Shown here: positions 55,251 through 64,000 of the stretch, in pieces | Position numbering within the stretch: the stretch's first letter is position 1 | Layout: every line of letters begins with the position of its first letter | Source of the DNA: a virus | Lineage: Duplodnaviria; Caudoviricetes | IMG/VR virus record: IMGVR_UViG_3300013212_000088 | Location: 160,001 to 224,000 of that record | DNA: 64,000 nt | Direction: 5' to 3' (one strand) | The notes under the pieces: model-generated | Databases searched by the model: none | Told to the model about the DNA's origin: nothing | What the model saw: only the letters and a program-made list of their open reading frames with translations | Made by a program: the position numbers and the translations under genes

Positions 55251-55896
55251 TTTGTAATCTTTCTTTTATCTTTCTATTTAGATTTTTCCAAATGATGTTT
55301 AATTTCTTATCATCATTTACTAGTATTGCATCATCCACAGCTTTATAAATAGATTCTGACCATTTTAATTGCTTTGGGTCATATTCCACATTATTCTCAA
55401 AGTTTTTAATTCTTTGAGCAATTGAAAATAAAAACCTTACTTCACTCATACCACCAGGCAAATTAGTTTCTAAAGATCTATTCAAAAACTCATCAATGGA
55501 AAGATTGATTTCCTTGAGTGCTTGCTTCATTCCTAATTCTGAAGTTTCTGTTTCTATTCCAGAGTAAACACATAACTTTTGAATAGTCTCGTAAAAGTTT
55601 AAGCCCTCTACATTTTGAATTAGGTTGACTATATTTCCACTAGCACCACAAGCAAAACAATTATAAAAATTACCCTCAATATTTATTCCAAAAGAAGGGC
55701 TTGAATCATTGTGGTTAGGCATTAAACAATTTGTCTTTACCCATCCATTACCAGATGGATACAACATAAGATCATATTCATCCTCAACAAACTCAGCCAT
55801 ATTTACTTCTTCGATAAGCTGATTAATAAGGGCTTTGGAAAATTTCTTCCTAAGCCCTGTTTCTTCTTTAAAGTGTGATGAATATACTTTCTTCAC
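55243..55896 (-). CDS. CHC2 zinc-finger protein (stand-alone DnaG Zn-binding domain)
   Basis: CLMPNHNDSSPSF...YNCFACGASGN. Confidence 0.85.
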   Translation of the reverse strand: MKKVYSSHFKEETGLRKKFSKALINQLIEEVNMAEFVEDEYDLMLYPSGNGWVKTNCLMPNHNDSSPSFGINIEGNFYNCFACGASGNIVNLIQNVEGLNFYETIQKLCVYSGIETETSELGMKQALKEINLSIDEFLNRSLETNLPGGMSEVRFLFSIAQRIKNFENNVEYDPKQLKWSESIYKAVDDAILVNDDKKLNIIWKNLNRKIKERLQNG

Positions 55897-57464
55897 TAAA
55901 GACTCCAGCTAGAAAGATCAAGCTCCATATCTATACTGGTATCAATTTGAGGTATTTCTTCATCTTCTTCAATTGATGTTGGTAATTCTCCTACAGGTAC
56001 AGAAGGCATTGCATTTTTCTTGGGAGGAGTGCTGTCTTTTGTAGAACTTACTGGAAGACCATTAGACATAGCATGCATAGCCAAAATCTGCAGTTGTTCT
56101 TCTTCTGCAAGCTCTCTTACCTTATTGTACTCTGGTTCCATTCTTACAGGAAACGGAGTAAAATAAGCGTCTCTCATTTTGACAGGGTGAAAAATACAAT
56201 ATCCTTGCTCTTTGTTAGGTTCCATAGCAATTGCATAAGTACAAAGGTGCATCAATACTTGTCCACCTGAAACTGCTGCTTGATCGTAAGACATAAACTT
56301 ATTAGCTTCTTTCGCCTTACGTGCATCTCTGATTGTTTCACGATTAATCTGCTGCGCTGTAATAATTGGAATATTATATCTTTTGGCCATTTTAAATAAC
56401 TCTTGAACAGCTTTAGATTGTAATTCATAATCTTTAGCATTTTGAGGAGCATTACGAATGGTCATGTTTCCAATATAGTCAACTACAAGAAGATCTGGCT
56501 TACCTTTTGTAGCAATTAAATCTCTTATTCTAGAATCAATATAATCTGGAGTAGGATCTTCCATATTGACATCATATTCAAAATATGGTCCATCCTTTTT
56601 AGATTGCATCTTTTCTATAAGTTTATTTAATTCTTGCTTACTCAATTCAACATTTTTAAGTTGGTTGTAAGGTATTTCGTATTGCAGAGAAATATGCCTC
56701 AACATACAAAGCCAAGAGTTCATTTCAAAAGACATGTAAAGCACATTCTTCTTTGCCACTGTGTTAGCATGTACAGCAGCATTCAGAAGCATTACAGACT
56801 TACCACCAGAAGAAGGGGCTAAGAATACAATAATTTGGCCTGGTAAGAATCCAAAAGTTCTATTATCGATATTCTCTAAACCACAAGGTATCCCATGAAA
56901 TAATTCTGGTTGTTGTACTCTTTTTGTGTATTCTTCCCTAAAATATTCAGCAGATTCAGATACATCAATGTTGTGAATGTCTGAAGCAAACTCATTCATC
57001 TGTTCATTGATTTTTTCTAATTTGTCTTGAATGATATTAACAGCACCAGAAACTCCAGTGGTTTCTAATTCGTTGAGACCATCAGCAAACATATCTTTTA
57101 ATATTCTCAAACAATGTCTATTTTTGATTTGATGTATGACTTCATGTAAATTGTTTGGGTCTGTGTCAACACTTTCAATATCTGCCCATAAAGTCATCAA
57201 TCTACCTCTACCTTTGTCTGGGATTGCTTCTTCTACAATCTTAGACTCAAGGACAAATGAGGTAAATAAAGACCCACCACTTACTTTGTAATAATCTTTG
57301 ATATAAGTGAAAATCTTTTTAGTCATGGAGTTTTTGTAATTGCCTTCAACAAATACAAAATGTTCTTCACTTACTCCAGATGTTAAGGATTTTTCTATAG
57401 CCTTTGCATCACTTACAAGATGGGCTAATAAAGTAATTTCAAAATCTTCCTGATTGTTTTTCAT
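55896..57464 (-). CDS. dnaB: DnaB-like replicative helicase
   Basis: LAPSSGGKS, YMSFEM, VVDYI, AQQINR. Start likely ATG 57464. Confidence 0.88.
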   Translation of the reverse strand: MKNNQEDFEITLLAHLVSDAKAIEKSLTSGVSEEHFVFVEGNYKNSMTKKIFTYIKDYYKVSGGSLFTSFVLESKIVEEAIPDKGRGRLMTLWADIESVDTDPNNLHEVIHQIKNRHCLRILKDMFADGLNELETTGVSGAVNIIQDKLEKINEQMNEFASDIHNIDVSESAEYFREEYTKRVQQPELFHGIPCGLENIDNRTFGFLPGQIIVFLAPSSGGKSVMLLNAAVHANTVAKKNVLYMSFEMNSWLCMLRHISLQYEIPYNQLKNVELSKQELNKLIEKMQSKKDGPYFEYDVNMEDPTPDYIDSRIRDLIATKGKPDLLVVDYIGNMTIRNAPQNAKDYELQSKAVQELFKMAKRYNIPIITAQQINRETIRDARKAKEANKFMSYDQAAVSGGQVLMHLCTYAIAMEPNKEQGYCIFHPVKMRDAYFTPFPVRMEPEYNKVRELAEEEQLQILAMHAMSNGLPVSSTKDSTPPKKNAMPSVPVGELPTSIEEDEEIPQIDTSIDMELDLSSWSL

Positions 57465-57469
57465 GTCAA

Positions 57470-58282
57470 TTACCTTATAGTTTGCGGGAGACGAATTATC
57501 AAGCAATGTCTCAGCAAAGATTGCCAACCCGATCCTGCTTTTATGTTAAATTGAGAGCCATTAGAAAATAGCATAAATGGTTTGCCAGAGTTTATTCTTG
57601 CCTTACATAATCTATCTAATTGCATATAAAAATAAGGAGCAAAATATGGGTAATCTTCTATTCCATCAATTACCACAAAATCAAAAGTTTTGAATTTTTC
57701 TACTATAGATTCCGTTTGCTCTTTGTTATTAAAATCGCCTAGTGTTTGACAAAGTTCAGACCAATCAAAGTATTTAGCATTCATATTTAATTTTATTGCT
57801 TCTTTAACCATAACAGAGGCAATAAAAGTTTTTCCTGAACCAACACCACCTTCAAATAGTAAAGAGTGTAATTTGGTTGATTCTCTTTCTGAATGCTTTA
57901 AATTAGGAAGATGTCCATTTACTATATTTGAAAACTGTTTAACATAGTATGATAAAAGGACATTTACCTTTTCACTGGCTTTCTTTTGTGGCCCTAAATC
58001 ATTACCTAAAGAATCTGCGTTCGTATTCCAATCTAACAATTCTTTAGATATGTAAGCTTGGGGTATGTCAGCTATAGCGTACATTGATTCCCAAAATCTT
58101 TTCTTAGTGCATGAACAGAGCGTAGCCTTGCCAAATGAGTTAATTACATGGCCTAAATAATCACAAGACTCGCACCCTTCACCTGACTGTTTTCTAACTC
58201 TCTTTGCTGATTCTTTTAAATCCTTGACAGTGATATTCATAGATTTTAGAAAATCGTCTTCGCTTGTTTGTTTCTCTGTCAT
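57470..58282 (-). CDS. DnaC/DnaI/IstB-like helicase loader
   Basis: CESC...CSC Zn motif, FEGGVGSGKT, VVIDG. Confidence 0.8.
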   Translation of the reverse strand: MTEKQTSEDDFLKSMNITVKDLKESAKRVRKQSGEGCESCDYLGHVINSFGKATLCSCTKKRFWESMYAIADIPQAYISKELLDWNTNADSLGNDLGPQKKASEKVNVLLSYYVKQFSNIVNGHLPNLKHSERESTKLHSLLFEGGVGSGKTFIASVMVKEAIKLNMNAKYFDWSELCQTLGDFNNKEQTESIVEKFKTFDFVVIDGIEDYPYFAPYFYMQLDRLCKARINSGKPFMLFSNGSQFNIKAGSGWQSLLRHCLIIRLPQTIR

Positions 58283-59931
58283 AAATCTTCTTCTTCTTTC
58301 GGAATCCTTGATATCATGTATTTCTTAAGTTTACCAGAATTTGATGCATTCCTGGCTCTTTCAGAAGCCCATAATTTCAACGAATCTATCTCTTCTTTCA
58401 TTGTAACAGCCAAGGGTACAATTTCATTTAGAGATTCCACTATATCATCTGTATTGAACTCTCTGCTTTCATTAAAAGCTTCATACATAGCGGATACAAT
58501 AGCAGCTTCAATCTCAGCACCAGTAAAGTTGTGAGATTCTTCTGCCAATGTTAAAAGATCGAATTTGTTTATGTCTCTTTTTCTTTTATTTAAGTGAATA
58601 TTAAAAATTACTTCACGTTCTGCGGAGCTTGGAAGATCAACAAAAAATATTTCATCAAATCTTCCCTTTCTCATTAATTCAGGTGGTAAATTGGATATAT
58701 CATTTGCTGTTGCGACAATGAAAACAGGAGATTGATTTTCCTGCATCCAAGTTAGCCAGGATCCCAAAACTCTAGATGTAGTACCACCATCAGATACAGA
58801 ACTAGATCTAGAACCTGACATACCCTTATCAATTTCATCTAACCATAAAATACAAGGGGCAACAGATTCAGCAACTTTAAAAACCTGTCTCATATTATTT
58901 TCAGAACTACCAACAATTCCTGAAAACACTTTGCCCATATCAAGTTTAAGAAGAGGGAAGTTCCAAAAGCTGCTAACACCTCTGGCAAATAAAGATTTAC
59001 CAGCACCTTGAATACCAACAAGAAGAATGCCTTTAGGATTAGGAGGTAAACCATAATCAACTGCTTCTTTTGTGAATGCTTTGGTTCTTTTATATAACCA
59101 ATCTTTTAATTCGTTTAGACCACCAATGTTTTCAAGGTTTTCATTCACTTCAATCCAATCTAAAAGACCAGATTTTCGAATGATATCTCTCTTTTGGTGA
59201 GATATTGCTTCAGGATCTAAAGACGTGTGTTTTATCATGCAATAGGTACATACTTGCTCACATTCATTTAAAGTCAAACCTCTGAATGAATTGACAATAT
59301 GTTCTAATTCATCTTTAGAATATTTTGTCTTAAACTTCTCTGCTAAATCTTTTCTTTGTGAAGCTTTGTCTAATAAATCTTTAATTTTAGATTCGATATG
59401 TTCTTTTTCAGGTAGGGGAATATCGATAACACTAATATATTTATCTAGCTCATTAGGAAGATCAAAACTCTGAGAAATAATTATAAGAGCTTTGTTTTTA
59501 GTAACACATTTTTGAGCTATATTCTTAATGTTTCTAATCAATCTATACTCTATTTGACCTTGAGTATGCTGATTTCCAAAATACTTAGAAAAATCTTTAA
59601 GAACTAATAGTAAAAAATTGTCTTTTGGTATTTCTAGATTATCAAACCAAGTCAATACCTCTAGTTGATCCATAATGCGGTCATTCTCTTTTACAGGCAA
59701 GAATGCGCTATTTGTTGATTGTAAACCTGATATTAAATCCCAAGTAATAAGATCCCATTTATGATCAGGTTTAGAACAAATTTGTTTTATGCCATCTTCA
59801 ATTCTTTGCTCTTCAGGCGTGGTTAAGTAAAGGATGGGACGTTTTGACCTCAAGAACCAGTCAATTTCACGTAAAGTTTTTCTAAACGTGGATATTTCTA
59901 GTTGTTGATTCTTGAGGTCATTTTCTATCAT
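58279..59931 (-). CDS. AAA+ ATPase, Ycf46-like
   Basis: Inactive N-terminal AAA-like domain, IGGLNELKDW, GIQGAGKS, LDEIDK, ATAN, PPELMRKGRFDE. Confidence 0.85.
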   Translation of the reverse strand: MIENDLKNQQLEISTFRKTLREIDWFLRSKRPILYLTTPEEQRIEDGIKQICSKPDHKWDLITWDLISGLQSTNSAFLPVKENDRIMDQLEVLTWFDNLEIPKDNFLLLVLKDFSKYFGNQHTQGQIEYRLIRNIKNIAQKCVTKNKALIIISQSFDLPNELDKYISVIDIPLPEKEHIESKIKDLLDKASQRKDLAEKFKTKYSKDELEHIVNSFRGLTLNECEQVCTYCMIKHTSLDPEAISHQKRDIIRKSGLLDWIEVNENLENIGGLNELKDWLYKRTKAFTKEAVDYGLPPNPKGILLVGIQGAGKSLFARGVSSFWNFPLLKLDMGKVFSGIVGSSENNMRQVFKVAESVAPCILWLDEIDKGMSGSRSSSVSDGGTTSRVLGSWLTWMQENQSPVFIVATANDISNLPPELMRKGRFDEIFFVDLPSSAEREVIFNIHLNKRKRDINKFDLLTLAEESHNFTGAEIEAAIVSAMYEAFNESREFNTDDIVESLNEIVPLAVTMKEEIDSLKLWASERARNASNSGKLKKYMISRIPKEEEDL

Positions 59932-60816
59932 TTAGTCCCTTTTGATTAATCTTTGATATTCTGATAATGGTTTGCCAGAATAGTCCTTTTCTCTCCACCA
60001 ATTCTCTTTAGCATACGACTTTGTAAACTTTTCAAATTTCAATCGCCAATCTAAAAAACTAAACTCTTCTGGATAAGGGGACTTCATTACAGACTTTTGA
60101 AGAACCAATCCAATCTTTTCTTTAGATGAGAGGTCTCCTTGAGCAAGCTTGTTTAAAAAGTTTTCAATACCTTTTTGAACAACTTCAGGGCTAAAACCTC
60201 TTATTTGAATAAAGTAAGTTGAAGCAATTGGAATGCCAAATCTTATGTAGATTTCGCTTGCCTTACCCTCTTCATCTGCAAGTTTAATATCTTCAAGAAT
60301 TGTAGATTCAAAATATGATCTATCAATGCTATTTTCCTCTACCTTAGGTATAACTTCCTCTTGATAAAAGTGATTTAGATAGTTTTTGATAGTAGTTGGC
60401 AAAAAATAACCGCTTTTCTTAATTATTGACTGTGAATTTTCAAAACTCCAATCAATAAAGCGCTTGGTCCATTCTTGCTTTTGAAGTCCGTTAGATGACA
60501 TAAACTTGCCAATTTCATTAAATATGCTATTGTCCGAAGCATAGGTCTTCTTGTAATAACCATTGTTCTGTTTATAGTAACAATCAGCAAAATAGTCAAC
60601 AAAAGATTTAACTGTCCAAAGAGTTACATCGTTAGACAGAGTATTATCTTTTTTATCTTCAGGGTTAAGGACAATTTTCTTCTTTCTCTTATTTGAGTTG
60701 AAAGGATTGGAAAGCTCTGATTGCAAGGGAACAGGAGTTGACATAATCCTATTTACAATTGCATAAGCTTGATCTTCTTCTATTTTACGCCTCATCTTCG
60801 TCCTCGCTAATATCAT
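59932..60816 (-). CDS. Hypothetical protein
   Basis: Long ORF in the replication operon; no motif recognised. Confidence 0.65.
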   Translation of the reverse strand: MILARTKMRRKIEEDQAYAIVNRIMSTPVPLQSELSNPFNSNKRKKKIVLNPEDKKDNTLSNDVTLWTVKSFVDYFADCYYKQNNGYYKKTYASDNSIFNEIGKFMSSNGLQKQEWTKRFIDWSFENSQSIIKKSGYFLPTTIKNYLNHFYQEEVIPKVEENSIDRSYFESTILEDIKLADEEGKASEIYIRFGIPIASTYFIQIRGFSPEVVQKGIENFLNKLAQGDLSSKEKIGLVLQKSVMKSPYPEEFSFLDWRLKFEKFTKSYAKENWWREKDYSGKPLSEYQRLIKRD

Positions 60817-61492
60817 AAGTAGCAGTATAATTTTCTATAATTTCTTGATAGGTAACTTCATTTGCACGAGCTACTCCATCAATTTTGTCTAGCTTTATGA
60901 TCTTATCAGCATATTTACCAAAGATGTCAGCTTTGTGAGTAATAAAAATAGATTGTCTCTTAGTTACTTTCAAATATTCAACTAAAGATTGATTTAGTAA
61001 GTCAATCTTGAAGTCAGATGAAACCATGGAAAATTGTTCATCCATTACTAAAGGTTGTGGGGCATCTTCAAGTTCTAAAGCAGCTAGTCTAATACCAAAG
61101 CCTGCTACTTGTTGTAATCCTCCACCAGTGCCTTTTTTCAAAGAAGATGCAAACTCTTCTCCTTCATATGGGCTAATTATAAGAGGGGTAAGTTTATCAA
61201 AAGTCGCTCCCTCTTCAGCAAAAACAAACTTATGATCAACTCCATAAATCTGCTGAATGAATTTGTTAGTTATATTCTCAATAGATGTGACAATGTTAAC
61301 TCTTCTTTCAGATGAGATTTTTTTGAGTAAATCCATAGAGCTTGAGTTCATTTTACTCATATCAGAAATTTTTTTGAGCTTGTCTTTATAGTCCTCAATA
61401 CTTTTCTGAATAGTGTTTCTAACTCCACGTTTCTCTAGTAATTCATTTTTGCGTAAAACATTCTCACGCTTATTTGAAATGTAATCACTCAT
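60785..61492 (-). CDS. SbcC/Rad50-like ATPase, C-terminal half
   Basis: Coiled coil, then GTGGG signature, PLVMDEQF Walker B/D-loop, IFITH. Confidence 0.85.
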   Translation of the reverse strand: MSDYISNKRENVLRKNELLEKRGVRNTIQKSIEDYKDKLKKISDMSKMNSSSMDLLKKISSERRVNIVTSIENITNKFIQQIYGVDHKFVFAEEGATFDKLTPLIISPYEGEEFASSLKKGTGGGLQQVAGFGIRLAALELEDAPQPLVMDEQFSMVSSDFKIDLLNQSLVEYLKVTKRQSIFITHKADIFGKYADKIIKLDKIDGVARANEVTYQEIIENYTATYDISEDEDEA

Positions 61493-61760
61493 CTTTATTA
61501 TCTAACTTTTCCAAATTGTTTTTAATAATTTCAGCATTCTCATTAAATTCAGTTCTCAAATCTTCGATTTTACTTAGAAGATTTGTTGGATCTAAATTGT
61601 ATTCAGTTTTAAGCTTGTCAGACAATTTTGTGATCTCTTCTCTAATCTTGATTATTTCCTGATTTCTAGTTTCAATAGAACCTTCAGTCTTTGACTTTCG
61701 TTTCTGTAAATTATCAATAAACTTTAAGTTTTCATTATATTGTTCATGAATAGTCATCAT
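61485..61760 (-). CDS. Small coiled-coil protein
   Basis: Heptad pattern; coupled between sbcD and the SbcC C-half. Confidence 0.6.
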   Translation of the reverse strand: MMTIHEQYNENLKFIDNLQKRKSKTEGSIETRNQEIIKIREEITKLSDKLKTEYNLDPTNLLSKIEDLRTEFNENAEIIKNNLEKLDNKDE

Positions 61761-62728
61761 ACTTTCTCCGCATTTAATTTATTTAAAGCCCTACATGCAT
61801 TTTCAACAATGTCGATATCAAGGTTCATTTCTATGCCTGTACTTTTAACTTGATCAATAGGGTCTTGTAAGTATGCCATTTTGTCAAAGTTAAATTCAAC
61901 TAATGATTTGGTAAAAGCTTTAATTTCTTCTTTAATTGCCTTAATTTCTTCTCGTTTTTCCAAATCAAAAATAAGCTCATATGGTTGTGCTGTGTAAACA
62001 TCTTGATATTTCACATCCAAATAAGTTCCATCCAAATCATAATCTACAATAGCTACCTTAACTTTTTTATTAGCATCATCACTTTTGAAGTTTCTTCTGC
62101 TTAAGCTTCCTGGATTAATAAATCTTGTATTGTCATCTCTCATAGAATCCATTTCAAAATGAAAATGTCCAGATGCTATCAATCTTGTTTTTGGGTTGAC
62201 AGCAAAGCTATCAACAAGTATAGCATCGACAACGAAAGGAGTAGGCTCATTAGCAATGTAAGCATGGGCACAAACAATAGGATAATCATAGTCTTTGAAA
62301 ATACCGTCTAAAATAGTTTTCTCAATTCTACCATTCCAGTGTTCAAAAACTAATCCTAATTCAGGCACTTCTTTAACATATTCAACACACCCAGAAACAA
62401 TCAATGTCCAAAATGAAGTTTTGTCTAAATTGGACATTGTATTGTCTATATCGTGATTTCCTAGAAGGGTGTATTTTTTGAAAGGCCAAGGCTCTCCATA
62501 ATCATTTGCATTTAAAGTTTGAATAAGCTTTGATGTAACTTCTGCGTTAACTTGTATTCTGTCAAACATGTCGCCAAGAAAAACAATTGCATCGCATTTG
62601 TTCTCTTCTGCAATCATCAATGTGCATTTTAAATCTGCCAATGATGCTTCCATATAATTATCAAGCCTGCTTCCAGGTTGCTTATTATCTATATGTGGGT
62701 CGCCTACTATGCAAATCTTTTTATGCAT
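61757..62728 (-). CDS. sbcD: SbcD/Mre11-like metallophosphoesterase nuclease
   Basis: GDPH, LGDMFD, GNHD, SGHFH, NPGS. Confidence 0.88.
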   Translation of the reverse strand: MHKKICIVGDPHIDNKQPGSRLDNYMEASLADLKCTLMIAEENKCDAIVFLGDMFDRIQVNAEVTSKLIQTLNANDYGEPWPFKKYTLLGNHDIDNTMSNLDKTSFWTLIVSGCVEYVKEVPELGLVFEHWNGRIEKTILDGIFKDYDYPIVCAHAYIANEPTPFVVDAILVDSFAVNPKTRLIASGHFHFEMDSMRDDNTRFINPGSLSRRNFKSDDANKKVKVAIVDYDLDGTYLDVKYQDVYTAQPYELIFDLEKREEIKAIKEEIKAFTKSLVEFNFDKMAYLQDPIDQVKSTGIEMNLDIDIVENACRALNKLNAEKV

Positions 62729-63914
62729 TATTCTTCCTCTGTCCACATGTATCACAGAACTCTAATTTTTTTGATAATTCTTCGTTTTCACTTTCGTATT
62801 GCTGAATCTCAATTTCTATACTGTCAATTAGAGCTTCATCAGATTCTTGAAGTTGGGTTAAAGAATCAACACCTTCATTCTTATCAATCAAATCTGTGTT
62901 TAAATTATCAAGAGCCTTTATAAATAGAAAAGTTTTTCTTAGTCCATCCCATATACTTAAAAAGTCTGTTGAGATTAAGTACCCATCTTTGTCATTTTCA
63001 AGCTCTAATACATTTATTTTTTCATTGTTAGATTCAATTTGTTTATGTATTTTTAGTAAATCATCAATTGAAGATGTGATTGTGATATAGTCATCTAAGT
63101 TATCAAGTTCATTTAAAAACTTTTGGTCATTATCATTCTCTGTCTTAAGATCTTTGATTCTTTTCTTTAGTGCAATTGCATCTTCTCTGATTTTTGATAA
63201 ATTGGTGATTGTGTTTTCTATATCATCGTTAATTTCAATAAGTTTGTCATTGTCTTCAACAATTTTAATTTGATCATCTAAACCAGAATACTTTTCTAAT
63301 TCTGTTTCAAGCTTTCCAATTTCAGTTTCATTAGATTTGATAGTTGATGAATATGAGCTATTTTCTGACTTTAAGATTTTGACAGCATTGTCATAGTCAG
63401 CAGATTTAATAAGACGAGCAAAAACTTCTGGGATTTTTGTACTTGTTAGCGATATCAAAAATGGTGCTTGGGATTGATCAACAAACGCCAAAGAACCCAA
63501 TTCTTCATCATAAGAAGGGTCGCCTAAAAAGTCAGTAACAAATTGGTCGTATGTTTTATCAGCTTTTAACTTTTCATATATCAATTCATCTTTATCATTG
63601 TAAATATGAATTGAGTTTTTATCACCTTTATGACCGCTTTTTATTCTGACTAATTTTGTTCCATCATAAAAATGAACAGTAATTTTACAGAAAGATGCTT
63701 TATGAGAAACATAGGAAGGATCAAAACTTCCATGCCCCTTTTTACCAAAGTTAAAGATGAAGTCAATTGCTCGCCAGATTGCAGTTTTTCCAGCATTATT
63801 AGTGCCAGTAATTACATTGAAACCTTCTGAAAGATTTAGTTTTAAATATTTATGAGATTGAAAGTTCTCTAACTCTAATGTTTTAATAAACTTGGTAGGT
63901 CTTTTAAGCTTCAT
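62721..63914 (-). CDS. SbcC/Rad50-like ATPase, N-terminal half with CxxC hook
   Basis: LELENFQSH, GTNNAGKT, Q-loop DQ, coiled coil, terminal CDTC. Confidence 0.88.
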   Translation of the reverse strand: MKLKRPTKFIKTLELENFQSHKYLKLNLSEGFNVITGTNNAGKTAIWRAIDFIFNFGKKGHGSFDPSYVSHKASFCKITVHFYDGTKLVRIKSGHKGDKNSIHIYNDKDELIYEKLKADKTYDQFVTDFLGDPSYDEELGSLAFVDQSQAPFLISLTSTKIPEVFARLIKSADYDNAVKILKSENSSYSSTIKSNETEIGKLETELEKYSGLDDQIKIVEDNDKLIEINDDIENTITNLSKIREDAIALKKRIKDLKTENDNDQKFLNELDNLDDYITITSSIDDLLKIHKQIESNNEKINVLELENDKDGYLISTDFLSIWDGLRKTFLFIKALDNLNTDLIDKNEGVDSLTQLQESDEALIDSIEIEIQQYESENEELSKKLEFCDTCGQRKNNA

Positions 63915-64000
63915 ACAGGATCACCTAACATTATTGTATCGATTACAGATCCAAAATGCAAGCTCAGGAAGTCTATTTTAGAATTGTTTTTCTGATGTTC
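63911..64000 (-). CDS. 3' end of a truncated upstream CDS
   Basis: Open frame EHQKNNSKIDFLSLHFGSVIDTIMLGDPV* whose TGA overlaps the ATG at 63914. Confidence 0.5.
   Translation of the reverse strand, partial: EHQKNNSKIDFLSLHFGSVIDTIMLGDPV

Larger units (their letters stand above)
1..64000. mobile_element. Segment of a large tailed dsDNA bacteriophage genome (jumbo-phage-like, Caudoviricetes)
   Basis: MCP, portal, prohead protease and large terminase occur together with phage-type SSB, split SbcC and sigma factors. Gene packing is dense and co-directional, with many orphans and no ribosomal or core cellular genes. Confidence 0.93.

Noticed and set aside
31887-58282. Bacterial chromosome or plasmid origin of the replication block
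   Set aside because: Genes are divergent, split (DnaG, SbcC), interleaved with orphans and contiguous with the virion module, and no ribosomal or envelope housekeeping genes are present.
6611-62923. Many antisense or alternate-frame ORFs in the track (e.g. 9174-9683, 11470-12099, 13678-14250, 23565-23861, 49450-49923)
   Set aside because: They fully overlap well-supported genes, have low-complexity Ser/Leu-rich translations, and are by-products of codon bias.
1-64000. Alternative genetic code (TAG or TGA reassigned)
   Set aside because: Long conserved genes are intact under code 11, and TAG/TGA terminate genes at expected ends, often as ATGA overlaps. The DUF192 case is isolated.
1-64000. 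tRNA, rRNA, tmRNA or CRISPR arrays
   Set aside because: None was recognised by eye and intergenic gaps are short and explained by promoters and terminators. A tRNAscan/Infernal run would be needed to exclude them formally.

Overview
The window is a 64-kb piece of a large, AT-rich tailed dsDNA bacteriophage (jumbo-phage-like), in genetic code 11 and almost entirely on the minus strand from 4.9 kb onward. It has three blocks. (1) 0.2-8.9 kb is a glycan/small-molecule modification island: five SAM methyltransferases, a glycosyltransferase, an HddA-like sugar kinase, a sugar nucleotidyltransferase, a cupin, a GDPD-like protein, a form IV RuBisCO-like protein, FeoA, and an uncalled 34-aa pilin-like microprotein. 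(2) 9-31 kb is a head morphogenesis module: HK97-fold major capsid protein, decoration and scaffold candidates, a 1408-aa prohead protease fusion, a portal fused to a DUF559 nuclease domain, many orphan head proteins, glf, and terminase. (3) 31-64 kb covers transcription, nucleotide metabolism and replication: three sigma-type factors including a close SigH homolog, SpoVS, a near-complete bacterial-type Pol III replisome (DnaE, DnaN, DnaX, HolA, DnaB, DnaC-like, split DnaG), RecA, RecJ, SSB, split SbcC plus SbcD, NrdAB, dUTPase and PurA. The strongest leads are: a repeated sigmaH-type promoter (AGG[AG]-N18-GAA) upstream of head genes, suggesting the phage SigH is the late sigma factor; a pervasive [KR]-x-A-[SQA] motif in head proteins, a candidate maturation cleavage code; the RuBisCO-like protein in a sugar-nucleotide operon; a sigma factor with inserted zinc fingers; and a candidate viral ring nuclease. 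All family assignments come from motif recognition by eye, with no database searches. I found no tRNA, rRNA or CRISPR array by eye.
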